DNA of 63,950 nt, the filler included, from Octopus bimaculoides (taxonomy: Eukaryota), in NCBI RefSeq assembly GCF_001194135.2. It is 6 parts of 5 records of this genome, joined end to end, with 100 filler letters (N's around TTAATTAATTAA, not from the genome) between each part and the next. Parts side by side here need not be neighbours in the genome. Positions count along the whole stretch, not along the records: positions 16,213 to 35,318 come from NC_068989.1; positions 35,419 to 43,679 come from NC_068994.1; 4 more parts are not named here. The stretch is one strand, 5' to 3'. Below are positions 26,120 to 39,710 of this stretch, one piece after another (position 1 is the first letter of the stretch; every line of letters begins with the position of its first letter). Under the pieces are notes generated by a model. The model saw only the letters and a program-made list of their open reading frames with translations, was not told the DNA's origin and searched no databases. The translations under genes and the position numbers were made by a program.

Positions 26120-26462
26120 TTTTCCAGTCATTTGACTGCGGCCATGCTGGAGCACCGCCTTTTAGTCAAACAAATCGCCCCCAGAACTTATTTTTTGTAA
26201 GCTTTTGCCGAACCGGGGACATGAACTCACCAACATCTGACGTCAAGCGACGATGGGGGGACAAACACATACACAAAGACACACACACTTATATATATAT
26301 ATATATATACGGCAGGCTTCTTTCAGTTTCTGTCTACCAAATCCACTTAAAAGGCTTTGATAGGCCCGAAGCTATAGTAGAAGACACTTGCCCAAGTTGC
26401 CACGCAGTGGGACTGAACCCAGAACCATGTGGTTGGGAAGCAAACTTCTTACCACACAGCCA
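26120..26462 (-). mobile_element. SINE family B copy
   Basis: cagtcatttgactgcggccatgctggagcaccgcc ... gggactgaacccagaaccatgtggttgggaagcaaacttcttaccacacagcca. Confidence 0.9.
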
Positions 26463-28216
26463 TATATATGTTTATGTAACAGTTATATCGTTATAATGAC
26501 GTGCAGAAATCCAGCTTCAGAGCATTTGTCTCTTGTTGGTTTTCTGCAGCATGGCTTGTCTGTAGGTCTTTGCAAACAAGCCATGCTTTTGTCGCAGAAC
26601 AACTAGAACCGTCAACGAAAAGAAACATTATGGACGAGCAAACACCACTACCAACTTTGAATTAAGTATGCCAGGAGCCAAGTAGAACTCTGCACGAAAC
26701 AAACTTACAGAGGCATAATCAAGGTTAATTCTTTACCAAACTAAATATGCTCTGTTTCCACCTTGTCAGTAATCATTTTGCAGAATTCAGTTCAGTTTAC
26801 AAATTTCACATTAACGTAACGCTTATTATTTCACATTGAAACGCAATGGAAAACAACTAATATTTCGCATAAAAATGAATAACGAACCAACATTAAGTAT
26901 TAACACCATAGTAGAAGACGTTTTATATCACCAGTAGTTATGAAATATAAAGTTTTGAAAAAGAAGAATGATCAAGTACTAAGTACCAACCACATAGAGG
27001 CAGTTGTATAAGTAACAATTTACAACTGCAAACAGTAAAAAAATCCAGAATTGTTAAATACAAATATGTTAAACTATAATTTACTAAAAGCAATGATTAT
27101 AGCTACAAGTTGATATGTTACTCGAGAAATACTATTAATAATAGTAAAGAAACATTCAGTGATTAGCAAATATTAAAGTAGAATTACAGGGTTTAAGTAC
27201 AATAAAAATGAAGTATCAAAATAAAGTACAGACACACATGTGACAGTTCAAATTACTGCAAACAAAATACGGCAGAAATGCGGTAGAATGTACTGAAATA
27301 TATTTCAAAGCTATACCACAACCATACACACAGAATCAAAAGTGCAAACCACGGATAAATGTATGTTATAGCTCTGGAAAATGACAAAGATACCGAAAAG
27401 CCCAACCAAAAGTCCTATCAATGAGTAACAAATTATACGAAACACAAAAGAAAACACGAGACAAAACTAATGTTTTCATATGTGATCAACTAGTATAATT
27501 TTTCTCGACCTCAAAAAACGAAAGGCAAAGTAGATCTCAGCGGAATTTGAAATCAGAATGTAAAGAGCTAGGCATTTTATTCAACGCGCTAACGATATTG
27601 CTGCTTGCTGCCTTGAAATATGAAATAATATAGTAACATAACGCTATGAATAATATGGAAAAACAGAGAAAAATGGAACGCTCTCAAATTTATTAGGCAA
27701 ACAACTAATGAATCAGAGTGGAATACTACGCAAGAAGGATAACAAAACATTGACAGAGCTTTATAAATATTTTTCAGAAAATGAAGTCAACAATGCATTA
27801 CCGTAAATTAAAATGTTTATTATTTTAAAACAAGATCCCCAAATGAACTGTGACAAACAGAAACCTATAAAATTGTCATCCAATAACAGATTCCCAAAAG
27901 AGAAGAACTATATTTCTAACAAAGGAAGGTATGCACACCATACGGTAATAGTACAATATAAAGGCAAGACAAAAAGTTAACATCATCAGAGAAACAAATT
28001 CAGAATAAAGAAATAAATAAACGATATACTCTCAAAGTATAAAACGGAATGGAAGAAGATAATGTCATACACCTGAGTGCTAAGAAATCACAAAACATCA
28101 CAGTAAAGTACACAAACCATTCTAAACCTAATACAGTAACAAAATAGAAGTAAAACAGGAGATGCACAAGTTAGACAAAGCAAACTTTGATTCAAGTATG
28201 TCATGGAATAATGATG

Positions 28217-28289
<73 letters not shown>

Positions 28290-29103
28290 TAACAATAAGA
28301 ATGACAATAGCAACTTAACAGTATTTACAATTCAACTACGAAAAAACACTCAACGGAATGCATGCAAAAGAAAAAGGCACAAAATTAACTTCAACGTTAA
28401 TGGAACACAAATTTTAATGACTCAGGTTCACAAAACAAACACACGACTTACATTAAAGAATGACAATTGAACAAAAGCAAATCGGAATGTCTTTAAAGAC
28501 AACATTCCTGAAGGCGGACGACATAAATACTAAAGAATATCCCATCCACACACACATCTATGCACTATAATCGTATTCGAAATTTCAGTGTAGTAAATTC
28601 TACTTATCTTTACGAAAATGAGTCAACCCACGTCATTCGGTGACCTCAATGCAGTTGGCGTCGCTGTTTCAATTCTTTCAGACACCACTACTCACTGCCC
28701 ATGTGCTAAGAAATACCGGTGAGAAAAGGATAATGAAGATTCTATAGGTGTCATACTTACAATGAATTTTGTAACATAGGATACTGCCTTTGCTTGGTGA
28801 AGCAGTATACATACGATAACCACACTTACATATATCATTCAAGGCGACCAAAAACAGCATGCACACAATATCTGCATTCATTATTTTTCTCAAGACGCCA
28901 TTAAATTCTGTTAGCTATGTTTGTCCAGTCCAGAGTGGTTTATGTTATTGAATATTTTTTACTGCTACTCTCCAAGAAAGATTTCTGTATATCAGTATCA
29001 TATCCGCAGCAATGAAGAACGCAATCTATTCGATGTACAGAAAGTTACATGCAATCAAATCCATACTAGCCCTACGTTCTACTGCCAAGGTGAGCCAACT
29101 TAC

Positions 29104-29164
29104 ATTCAGAATCGATGGATCAGGTTTCGGCGAAGTAGTGAATATGTACTGCACATGACTTCCT
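29104..29164 (-). CDS. Candidate 61-nt exon of an unidentified minus-strand gene
   Basis: On -: cttccctttttgaatgttgtctctgtttgtAG|AGGAAGTC...ATTCTGAAT|GTAAGT. One frame is open throughout (GSHVQYIFTTSPKPDPSILN). The others stop inside it (xEVMCSTYSLLRRNLIHRF*, RKSCAVHIHYFAET*), so it could be a terminal coding exon. Confidence 0.45.
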
Positions 29165-29936
29165 CTACAAACAGAGACAACATTCAAAAAGGGAAGTGGT
29201 AACTTTCACTATTTCTTGCTATGGATTATCATCAAACATTCTCATTTGAAACTGCAAATGGATCTTACAAATAACTATTATTTATTCAATCATGGAACAG
29301 CACAACACATATCTATTTCACTCTGATCCTTCCTTAATTTTTGAGAAACTGGAAAGTGCTAATATATTCGATTGAGGATATTTCTTCACTTATGGAATCC
29401 TTACTCAATATCATGATACACATGCTTCGCTTTTCTAGAAACAGTTGTAAGTTTATTTATATTCTCTAAAGCAGAAACTTTACATAGCACCAGGGAACGA
29501 ATTTAAATATAATTTCCGTTCAGCTTGCCTTTCGACCAAAAGTGGCATGCTGATGTCAAAACTACAGTCTGTTTTCTGCTATCAAGTCAATTTTTTTCTA
29601 CAGTTTACTCTCTAAATAAGCGTAATTGTATTGCTCATCCATAACCAATTGGGCTAGTTAATTGCTTTTAGCATTTGTGTATGAATTATAATTCATATTC
29701 AAATTGTGCTCTTGAATAACGAATTATAAATGAAGTTTATGCTTTTCTGTTTTTTTTTTATGGTTAATAAAAATCCTTTTAGTCGATTATGTATAAACAT
29801 GTAAAGCGGCCCCATGTGAATTTGTTCCAATGTAATTATGTGTTAGAGTTTAACGACCTGTTATTAATTGGGATCTAAGATACTGTGGATTTAGTTTTTG
29901 TTGATTATACATCAATTCTCTATATGGACATATTTG

Positions 29937-29968
<32 letters not shown>

Positions 29969-30261
29969 GCATTTATATATGTCTATAAGTATACACATAC
30001 ACCTACACATACACCGATCAGTCTGGGAGTATCTCGACCGCTGCTTTTCGGGCGATTACGGTCCCCGTCAGCATGTATGTGTACAATTATGAGCTTTGAT
30101 TGCAGCATTAGAGCGTTTAGCTCTTATTTCTAGCAATGTAGGTGTTTATAACACCCTCAGTCATATTTATTGGCGATTATAGTTATTTTTGTTGGTACAC
30201 ATTTGCTTACTGCTGCCTAAATAGAATGTGTGTTTGTGTGTGTGAGTATGTGTGAGTATCT

Positions 30262-30498
30262 ATAGTTCAATTCCCGGCGACGCGTTGTGTCCTTGAGCAA
30301 GACACTTTTTTTTTCACGTTACTCCAGTTCATTCAGCTGGTAAAAATGAGTAGTACCTGTATTTCAAAGGGCCAGCCTTGTCACACTCTGTGTCACGCCA
30401 AATCTCCCTGAGAACTGCGTTAAGGGTACACATGCCTGTGGAATGCTCAACCACTTGCACGTTAATTTCAAGGGCAGGCTGTCCCGTTGATCGTATCT
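30262..30498 (+). mobile_element. SINE family C copy, 5' truncated
   Basis: agttcaattcccgg..cgttgtgtccttgagcaagacact..ccagttcattcagctggtaaaaatgagt. Confidence 0.75.
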
Positions 30499-30501
30499 TC
30501 C

Positions 30502-30538
<37 letters not shown>

Positions 30539-31558
30539 GTATGCATATATATATTTATATATATACACGCATTTATACATGTGCAAATACATATATGTGT
30601 GTTTGTATCTATCGTCGAAGTAGATCGGTTAGGAAGCCCCAAACCAGCATCTTTTAATAAATGCATCTCATAAGTAGTTTTTCCATTCGAGTTATCCCCA
30701 AAAATCATCTTTTATTCTCATCTTCACTTATGGAATGAACCAATGACTGGCTCGTAGGGAAGCATTAGTTATCAATGATGTTTACCAATAAAATGTATAA
30801 ATAAATAACTAAATATAGAAGAATTTGGCATAAGCTCTAACCTGGTTGAAATGAACTGTTTTATTACTGTTTAAAAGGCAATATCCAGATGAAAATGATA
30901 TGAAATTATACGTTGAGAAGAAGTAAACATTGTTGAACATTTAAAATGATTCACTACAGCCTCTCTACAGAAGTATTGTTTATATTTCGGTATACCACGA
31001 AAGATTTAGGTTTTGAATTATTCAGCCAGAAAAAGGAAAAGATATATTTCAGTTCATATATCTAAAAGTGAAAGTAATTTCACCTTTCTCAATTAATAAC
31101 CTAGTCTTGGTTTGTTTTGTGACAGTCCATCTTTACATGCCATATTCCTCTGTATGTAGCCACACACTGAGTTTGATTTGTGATAATTTTCCAACAGTAT
31201 TTAGTAATATCAACCATATTATACTGAAGTTTTAAACAAACACTCGTAAGAGAATTCAAAAATAATAAAAAATTGACACTAACAAAATAACTAATGTGAG
31301 TAAACACTTTTAATAATAGACACGAAATAATGCCATCTGAAGTACGCCGAAACACAACAAAGAGTTGATGAAATGTCTGAAAAATACATATGGTATTTCA
31401 TAGGTTTGTGTACAGCGACAATAGTGTCTTGATGGCTGTATGAAATAGGAAACCCAATTGTTTGTATCGATCTATCGATTAATTGATTGCATTTGTCTAT
31501 TTTTGGAAGTGACCGTAGATATCGGATATGCAGCCGTTGTATAGATATAAGTGGTCGG

Positions 31559-32220
31559 AACCATTGAAGCAGGTAGGATATGAAATTGATTCGGTATCTT
31601 TCGCCCTGAGATCAAATCTTGCTGATGTGAAACTTTGCTTTTTATCCACTCAGGATGGATAGCAGAAAGATTAAAGTATGGAGTGGAATACATTCTGGTA
31701 TTTGCTCCTACTCTCTGCGTTCTGAGTTCAAATCCTGCCATGGCCTATTTGAGTCGTAGACGTAACCTGTTACCAAGTTTAGATTATAATCTGATACATC
31801 AGTGGCCTTTAACGGAATCTGCTCTGTTTCATGAATTTGAAAGACAAATCTCTGGTTTGCGGATAACTTCTACCAGTTTTGGAACCCCAGAAAAGGGTAA
31901 TCAGCTCCTCCCCTCTCTCTGGATCAAAAATTGAATAGTTCTTAGTAATGAACAAATAATTGATATGAATGAGTTTCAAGAGGCTTGCATGACGTATTCA
32001 CGAGTATAACAATTAATTAAAATAAATGTCTGGTATATTCAACCATTGAAGCAGACAGGATATGAAATTAATTCAGTATTTGTTACCCTGAGATCTAATC
32101 TTGTCGTTGTGAACTTTGCTTTTATCCTCTCAGGGTGGACAGCAGAAAGGTTAAAGCATGTAATGGAATATCTTGTAGTATTTGCTCCTACTCTCTGCGT
32201 TGTGACTTCAAATCCTGCCG
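31559..32220 (+). repeat. Diverged direct duplication of about 180 bp, spacing 482 bp
   Basis: aaccattgaagcag..gtatttgctcctactctctgcgtt..ttcaaatcctgcc at 31559-31739 and 32041-32219. Confidence 0.85.
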
Positions 32221-32347
32221 TGCGTATAACAATTTACTAAAATACAAATATATTATTGTATAACTACGTACCTTTCACTACAATAGAGTGAATCAATAAC
32301 TGAAACAACTATCTAAAATTAACTTCTATAAATAGGTATCCCTTTTT

Positions 32348-32500
32348 GTAGTAGATGTATTTCCGTAGTCTGTACCCATCCTCAGTAGTAGATGTATACC
32401 GTGACTTCTACCGGTCCCCCGTAGTAGATGTAGACCCACGGTTCCTACTGTCTCCTCAATGGCAGATGTATTCGTATAATTCCTGTCAATCTTCTGTAAT
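32348..32500 (+). repeat. ~37-bp minisatellite, about 4 units
   Basis: gtagtagatgta at 32348, 32385 and 32421, degenerate at ~32459. Confidence 0.75.
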
Positions 32501-32951
32501 AGTTAATTGCATGTACATAATTTAATTAGTGTATTTATTTCTCAAATAGATGTGTGTTATTTATATCTTTAAAGAAGGTAATTTTTTTTAACCTAAAAGC
32601 CTACCAGCGAATACAGCTGTCTGAGCCATGATAACAACAAAACCCAGCAAGCAGACAGGCAACTATGACAGCGATTCAGCCTCATAATATGGTAATCTTT
32701 ATCGTCCATAGTCCGTCAGACAGCTACAACTAGGACGTGAATCCAGAACTTTAATACCGTTCTACCAGCTCTTTCCCTTCTACACATGTTGCCGCACGTA
32801 GTGGATGCAACAACACCTATAAACTTTCTCAGATTTACACATGCACATGTATTTGTATTCAAGTACGTATACAGACTCTCTTCTATGTATATACGTTTAC
32901 ATACACATACACACAGACAGACACAGACACAGACACAGACACACAGACACA

Positions 32952-32996
<45 letters not shown>

Positions 32997-33011
32997 ACAN
33001 NNNNNNNNNCA

Positions 33012-33056
<45 letters not shown>

Positions 33057-35599
33057 ACACGCACAGAAGATCTAGTAGAATTCTGTACTCAGTTGCCCAA
33101 TAACATTGCAAATCCATTTATTTAATATTTCCTGCCATCAAAACTGACACGATTTTATATCAGTATATATGTATTTATGTCACCCAGACTCGTCACAATC
33201 TACAACCATTTGTTAATACAAAATATATTCCCATTCTGAGTTTTCTATCCAATAAAATAACCATCTCTAATTTATTCTGTATTTTGACTTCTACGTTAGT
33301 TTAATCTATATCTTCAACATTTGCAATTTCAACGATTTCCCGGAGTTTAGAGGAATTTAGGCTCCTTATAAAATCCCCAATACTAAATCAAAGAACTCTT
33401 AGTATATTATTTACAAAGAATTGCCTTATATGAAATGTGCTTTTAGTGCTGTGGTTATGCTCTATCACTTCGATAGTTATCCACTCTTGCTCACTGTGTA
33501 AGATAACTCTCTCTCTTTAGGAGATCTCTAATTTTAATTCTAAGAGGAACTCTGTGCAACAGAACCTCCCTAACAACATATGCTCTTTCATGCATTAGTT
33601 CTGGAAGTTTATGTTTAATGTGAAAATGTAATTTTTTTTTCGCAGTACATAACTTTTCCTCTTCAAGTCAAGCATGATTGATTTGATTAGCGTCTATAAA
33701 AGAGCAAGTAAAAAAAAAAAAAAAAGCAAATTTAAAGGAAAACGAAGATAAAAACAAACAAATATAAACAGACACATAAAGAAAAACAAGCAGATGCAAG
33801 CACATTTTTAGAGATAAATATTAATGATAAATTCCTAAATGACATCAATAGATGTACTGGGCCGAAATATATATAAAAATATATATAATTTGAGAAAAGT
33901 AATGCATTTGTAATGCATTAAAGTTATTTCATTTTCCTAGCTTTGTAGTAAATGCCAAATTGCACGCCTTTTTACAAACGTATACATACATAAGTGCGGT
34001 GGCGTGTAGATATATGCATTCTTCGCGTATACGCATAACTGTGCGAGTTTATCAACACTTACGTGCACATAAATATATATGCATATATCACGTGCGAACG
34101 CGCGTGTATGTGTATGTATGCATTTATGTATGCGTGTGTTTGTGTATACGCGCACACACACACACACTAACACACGTACACAAACTTGTATACGTGCATT
34201 CATATATGTAAAATCCTTTATACACATATGTACATTTAACTATTAGATATGAATAATCGTATATATTTACGCGGATGTATACACGCACAGACACGCATAC
34301 AAAATTCGTGCATAGACATTCTCACACAGATACACACCCGTGAGCACATACTCCAATATAGTTACGCACGTTTACAGATACACAGAGGCACACAAGTGTG
34401 TGTGCGTGCTTATATACATACAGACATGCATGTGTGTATGTATACTTATGTGTGTGTGCGTGCGTGTGTGTGTGTGTGTATGTTTGTGTATGTTTGTGTA
34501 TGCACATATATACATAAATACATATACACATATATGTACCCAAGCAAACAAATATTATTACGTTCTGGTTACACTAACGCGTACACATAAACACTCGTTT
34601 ATGGATCTAAATATATTAAAACACCGTATATTAAAAATCCAATATCGGTAAATGTAAATTCAGCGACAATAACAAGAACAACAAAACATATAGATCGAAA
34701 TCCACTCCCCCACCCCAGCCAAGAAATCGATCATTTTGGTTATATATTGAACATGATGACCGGTAATATGTAAAGATGGCGGCGTGTAGCATTAGAATTC
34801 TTATAAATAATGTTTCTACAGAAGCGAAATAGCTCAGTGAATATTCTGTTGGATTACCTTTTCATAAATCTTCAGTTCAGATCCATCGAGAGCATTTATG
34901 TTTATATCAGGGCAAGACACATAATATTCAGTGTCTAACTTCATCATATTTTACAATGCTAGACATTAGGGCTGTTGAACATGTTGTGATATATATGTTG
35001 TATTATATAGGCTGGTGTCTTATATAACCTGATGTCCGGGATAAAACCCCAGCTAATATCATAAGTTTGGGGTTTTATCTAGGAGTGGAGTTAACTATCC
35101 CCAATTCCCCTCAATTGCTGGTCTCGTGCCAAAATTTGAAACCAACATTGATAATATCATGAAGGTAGCGAGCTGGCAAAACGTTACCGCACGAACAGGA
35201 TGCTTAGTGACATTTCGTCCTCCTCAAACTTCCTCCCCTTCCCCTCCTACTCCTCCTCCTTCTCCATCCCAAACTTCTTCCTTCCTCTCCTCCAATTCCT
35301 CCTTTTCCTCTTCCTCCCNNNNNNNNNNNNNNNNNNNNNNNNNNNNNNNNNNNNNNNNNNNNTTAATTAATTAANNNNNNNNNNNNNNNNNNNNNNNNNN
35401 NNNNNNNNNNNNNNNNNNTATGTATGTATGTATGCATGTATGCATGTGTGTATGTAACGATTGTTTACCTTCTGATTTCAGTTCCGGCAAAGATCAGCCA
35501 CTTAGCCTTTCATCCTTCCCAGATCAATAAAATATAACTGATACCAATATAACTAATTAGGTTGAGTGTTATTCGGGTCTATATCAGATCGAAGACCTG

Positions 35600-35654
<55 letters not shown>

Positions 35655-35732
35655 CCTCCTCCTCATCATCATTATTATTATTATTGTTGTTGTTATGCCT
35701 TCAGGGTTGCCATACAGAAATCACAATACTCT

Positions 35733-35789
<57 letters not shown>

Positions 35790-35984
35790 GCACACACACA
35801 CATACACTGGCACACACCACGTGTAAAATGCACATCATCGTTTGAAATATCTATAATGCTATTCAATTGCCTGTGGTACAAAGCACAGGGCATCATTTCT
35901 TTTCATGATGGCGTGCTAGAGAGAATCTTCGGTTTTAATTTAAATATTAGCTGAAAATCTCGGAGAGAGTTCTCCCCTGAGGTT

Positions 35985-36172
35985 AGAAAGTTCCATGAGG
36001 GGGATTTAAGTCCATTATATCGTCCCCAGTGCTCCACCCGCACGTATTTTATCTATCCCAAAGAGCGGAAGGCAAAATCGAACTCGGCGCATTTGAACTC
36101 AGTGCATGAAGACGGAAGGAATATCGCTAAGCGTTTTACCATGCGTGCTAACGATTCTGCCAGCTCACGCGC
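35985..36172 (-). mobile_element. SINE family A copy
   Basis: ..ggcaaaatcgaactcggcgcatttgaactcag..cgtgctaacgattctgccagctc, the reverse complement of family A. Confidence 0.75.
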
Positions 36173-36989
36173 CTTTCTTCCTGTAAAAATATTAATCTCT
36201 CTTAAATGATGCTATGGCGTCACAAACAAAGACATGTTCATAGTTTCGCAAACATAAGAATACGTATCCTACATTATATTTGAAGTGCAGAAAAGCATCA
36301 AGTGAGCCGTAGACTTAAACTTTATCTTAATTTAAAACCGCTACCTGGTCCTTAGATGCTTTAGGTGTCATCCACACTGTGGCAAGAATTTGAATCAAAG
36401 TGCCAGTCTTCGAATCCCCTATGAATCTAGATCAGTTATGAATAAACTTCAAACTTACAGAATGGCACGCCAAGGGGAAAAATGTACCTTGAGATATGTT
36501 AGCAGTTCAGTCCACTTGTTGTAGTTCAGCCCGTAATGTCTCGCTGAAGATTTCCCATGCCTTCTCTAAAGTCTACCTTGTTCTCCCTACCCACAACTCT
36601 CACAAGCTCTCCCAAAGCTCATGGCCCGCTACCTTTCTTGTCCCAAGTTCGCCATATCATTTCATTTTCTTAATGACCAGTAACAAAGCGCACAGCTGCT
36701 GATGATGTGTCCAGTAAGAACTGAGACTGAGACTCGAACTTACATCCCTGTGATTACGCGTCAAGTGTTTTAACCATAACATAACATTATACATTGTGTT
36801 TTGGACAACCAGGCTCGCTGATGGAAATCTGGTCACGCTAACAAAAGCCACGGTGCAGTATGGTACCAAGGACTACCAGTCTCAATACTGTTATCATTGG
36901 CGAAGAAAAAAATCCTGTAAAATGATTCCAAGCAAAAAGTCTTCAACTCTGGTTCTGCAGCATCTTGCTGTTTGTTCGTTGAATTATTC

Positions 36990-37470
36990 TTTCACTTGTT
37001 TCAGTCATTTTGACTGCGGCCATGCTGGAGCACCGCTTTTAGTCGAACAAATCGACCTCAAGACTTATTCTTTGTAAGCCTAGTACTTATTTTATTGATC
37101 TCTTTTGCCGAACAGCTAGGTGACTGGGGCGTAAGCACACCAACATCGGTTGTCAAGCGATGGTGGGGGGACAAACACAGGCACACAAATACATACATAC
37201 ATACATACATACATACATACATACTTATATGTGTGTGTATATATGTGTGTGTATATATGTATATATACACGACGAGCTTCTTTCAATTTCCGTCTACCAA
37301 ATCCACTCACAAGGTTTTGGTCGGCTCGAGGCTATAGTAGAAACTGCTTGCCCAAGGTTCCACGCAGTGGGACTGAACCCGGAACCATGTGGTTGGGAAG
37401 TAAGCTTCTTACCACACAGCCACGCCGCGCCTACACAGCCACACCTGCGCCTACACAGCCACGCCTACGC
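36990..37470 (-). mobile_element. SINE family B, near-complete copy
   Basis: Full motif chain with internal (CATA)n. The head end shows local duplication of acacagccac(g/a)cc..gcgcct. Confidence 0.9.
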
Positions 37471-37754
37471 TTATTCTATTACATTTGTTTTTTTATTATT
37501 TGCTTTGCAAGATTCTTTATGGAGGGACGGGGACACGTCATTGATGAGGTCGTAAATGACGGCGAAATGACTCTAACAATCTAATTGTTCGAACAGTTAA
37601 TCAGAGAATCGATTAGTTAGCCTGGTTGACTTGGTCTATTAGTCGACGAGAGATAACAAGAAAGTGAAATAGGAACTGTGCGTGTGTTTCTCATTGGCAA
37701 AATGACCCTACCAAAATACAACAACATTTAATTACACCAACTTTTCAAATATTT

Positions 37755-38275
37755 TGGTGTTGTTGTTCCACACCAGGTTAGCTCTGATCGAGATGAAATA
37801 GAATAAGCATCAAAGGCGTTCCAGTCATGACCTTCACGTCTTCTTTTTTATTTAGGATTATCTTGTTCAGTGGATCCTCTCATTTATCAATCGAAGTAGG
37901 CTTTGTTGCTATTTCTAGCAAGTTGAAGGATCACAAGAAAATCAGTTGTTATTGATCGGGTAAATCAATCAATGAAAACGTTCCAACCGTAACCATCCAG
38001 TCGTTTTAAATTATTTTCTTTTCCGTATCTATAAAATAGCATCGTTTACTTTGTCCGTGTTCATTTTATTAAGTTGTCAGAACGTGATTTGAAGGGAATT
38101 TGACTGCCATTTCTAGCAGGTTTACCCACGACATTGAGATTTCTTCGCCGGCTCACTACGTTGTGTTAGGTTCTGGATGTCTATATTGTTGTTGTTATTG
38201 TTGTCGTTGTTTGGCCCCAAGTCAGTCCTTCTCCAGCACTGACCTATGAACAAAAATGTTCAAATCACGTGACTT
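37755..38275. repeat. Interspersed repeat family D, two adjacent copies
   Basis: gttgttgtt..ccaggttagctctgatcga..catcaaaggcgttccagtcatgacc, and gttgtttggccccaagtcagtcc..gacctatga. Confidence 0.6.
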
Positions 38276-39041
38276 TGATCAATTTATTCATTCATTCAGA
38301 CCCAGAAATATTTATTTGATGTGTCCTACGTTCAAATCAAACCGTGCCATTTTCCTTTGGTTTCCTGTTTGTTTTTTCTTTTTCGTTTTGTTTTTTTTTG
38401 TTAAAACGAATCAGCTTAATTTAAATTTGAAGAGGTTCAATTTAACTATGATTTTTAGTCATTCGAACAGATCCAAGATAGATTCCAAGATTCCCTCGTT
38501 AGGTCCTCGTTATGTTATGCTGTATATAGAAAGTATCAATGAAAGAGAATGAAGCACCACGAGTTAATTAAATTAAAATTACGAAAAGAAAAATAAAAAA
38601 ATAAAAAATAAGCAAACGTTGCTATGGAAATTAATATAATAATTAATACGGTGGTGACTGTGAAAATTGAAAAAAAAAATTGTAAATACAAAAAAAAAAA
38701 AAAGAAAATAGGTCGCAGTTGGATTATAGCTTAAGGATTTATTTAGAGAGAAAGATTCAGATTTCTCTAAAGTCTAACACAATCTTGTATTAATTAAATG
38801 GGCTCATCAGTAATTAAAAAGCCATAAAAAAAATTAGCAGAACATGACATATCTTTTGCTGTTTGGAGTTTGTTCTTTGTTGTTGTTGTGATTTGTTAGC
38901 GCTGTTTTTCGTTTTTTTTTCTTTCTTTTTCCGTGTAAAACGTAAATGTACAAAACCCACAGCAGGTTATTACAATTTTCGTTAGTAACGCGAAAAAGAA
39001 AGAATTTCATTTCAGACACAAAAATGTAGTCAATAAATACC

Positions 39042-39072
<31 letters not shown>

Positions 39073-39486
39073 ATTGAATAATTAATTAATTAATAGTACA
39101 GCAAAATTTGGTTGTATACAAATGGATGCCGTTTATTATTTGCAAATTATACATACATACATACATACATACATACATACATACTGTTGAGGCGATTTTT
39201 CTTCTCCCTCTGATATTTACTGCTATTTTTTTAACATGGCATGTTCAAACAGTTGTTATTATAGGACGAATACTGTAATAACTGGACGTTGATTAACGGT
39301 GTCTATACGTTAAGTATGATACATAGATGGCTGCAATATATATATACACACACACACACACACATACATACATACAGGCGTACGTACATACATACATACA
39401 TACATACATGCATGCATGCATACATACATGCATGCATACATACATACATACATACATAATACATACATACATACATACATACATGA

Positions 39487-39710
39487 AGGCATGTGGCCTA
39501 GTGGTTAGCATATTGCACTCACGATTGCTAGATTTAAGGCTCGATTCCCGGATCGGGCGGAGCGTTGTGTTCTTGAGCAAAACACTTCATTTTACGTTAT
39601 CCCAGTCCACTCGGCTGTAAATAGATAACCCTGCGACGGGCTAACCTTCCAGACAGGAGAAGATGTTGGTCTGCTCTAAAATCCAATGGGGTGGCATCAT
39701 TCGATACCTT
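39487..39710 (+). mobile_element. SINE family C copy
   Basis: A-box tggcctagtggtt, B-box ggctcgattcc, then cgttgtgttcttgagcaaaacacttc. Confidence 0.8.

Larger units (their letters stand above)
23200..29103 (-). other. Putative long 3' UTR (or sense-strand intron) of a minus-strand gene
   Basis: Repeat-poor block, A/C-rich on + and so U/GU-rich on -, lying downstream of the 29164 exon. Skew judged by eye. Confidence 0.4.

Noticed and set aside
28678-28893. Minus ORF ending in hydrophobic IFIILFSPVFLSTWAVSSGV as a GPI-type terminal exon
   Set aside because: The available acceptors are weak and phase 2, incompatible with the phase-0 end of the open frame of exon 29104-29164.
35041-35078. Small hairpin ATAAAACCCC..GGGGTTTTAT
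   Set aside because: A 10-bp stem is plausible by chance in 64 kb and has no associated element.
38618-38631. RFX X-box-like GTTGCTATGGAAAT
   Set aside because: The final base mismatches the consensus, it is a single short motif, and no nearby transcription start is known.
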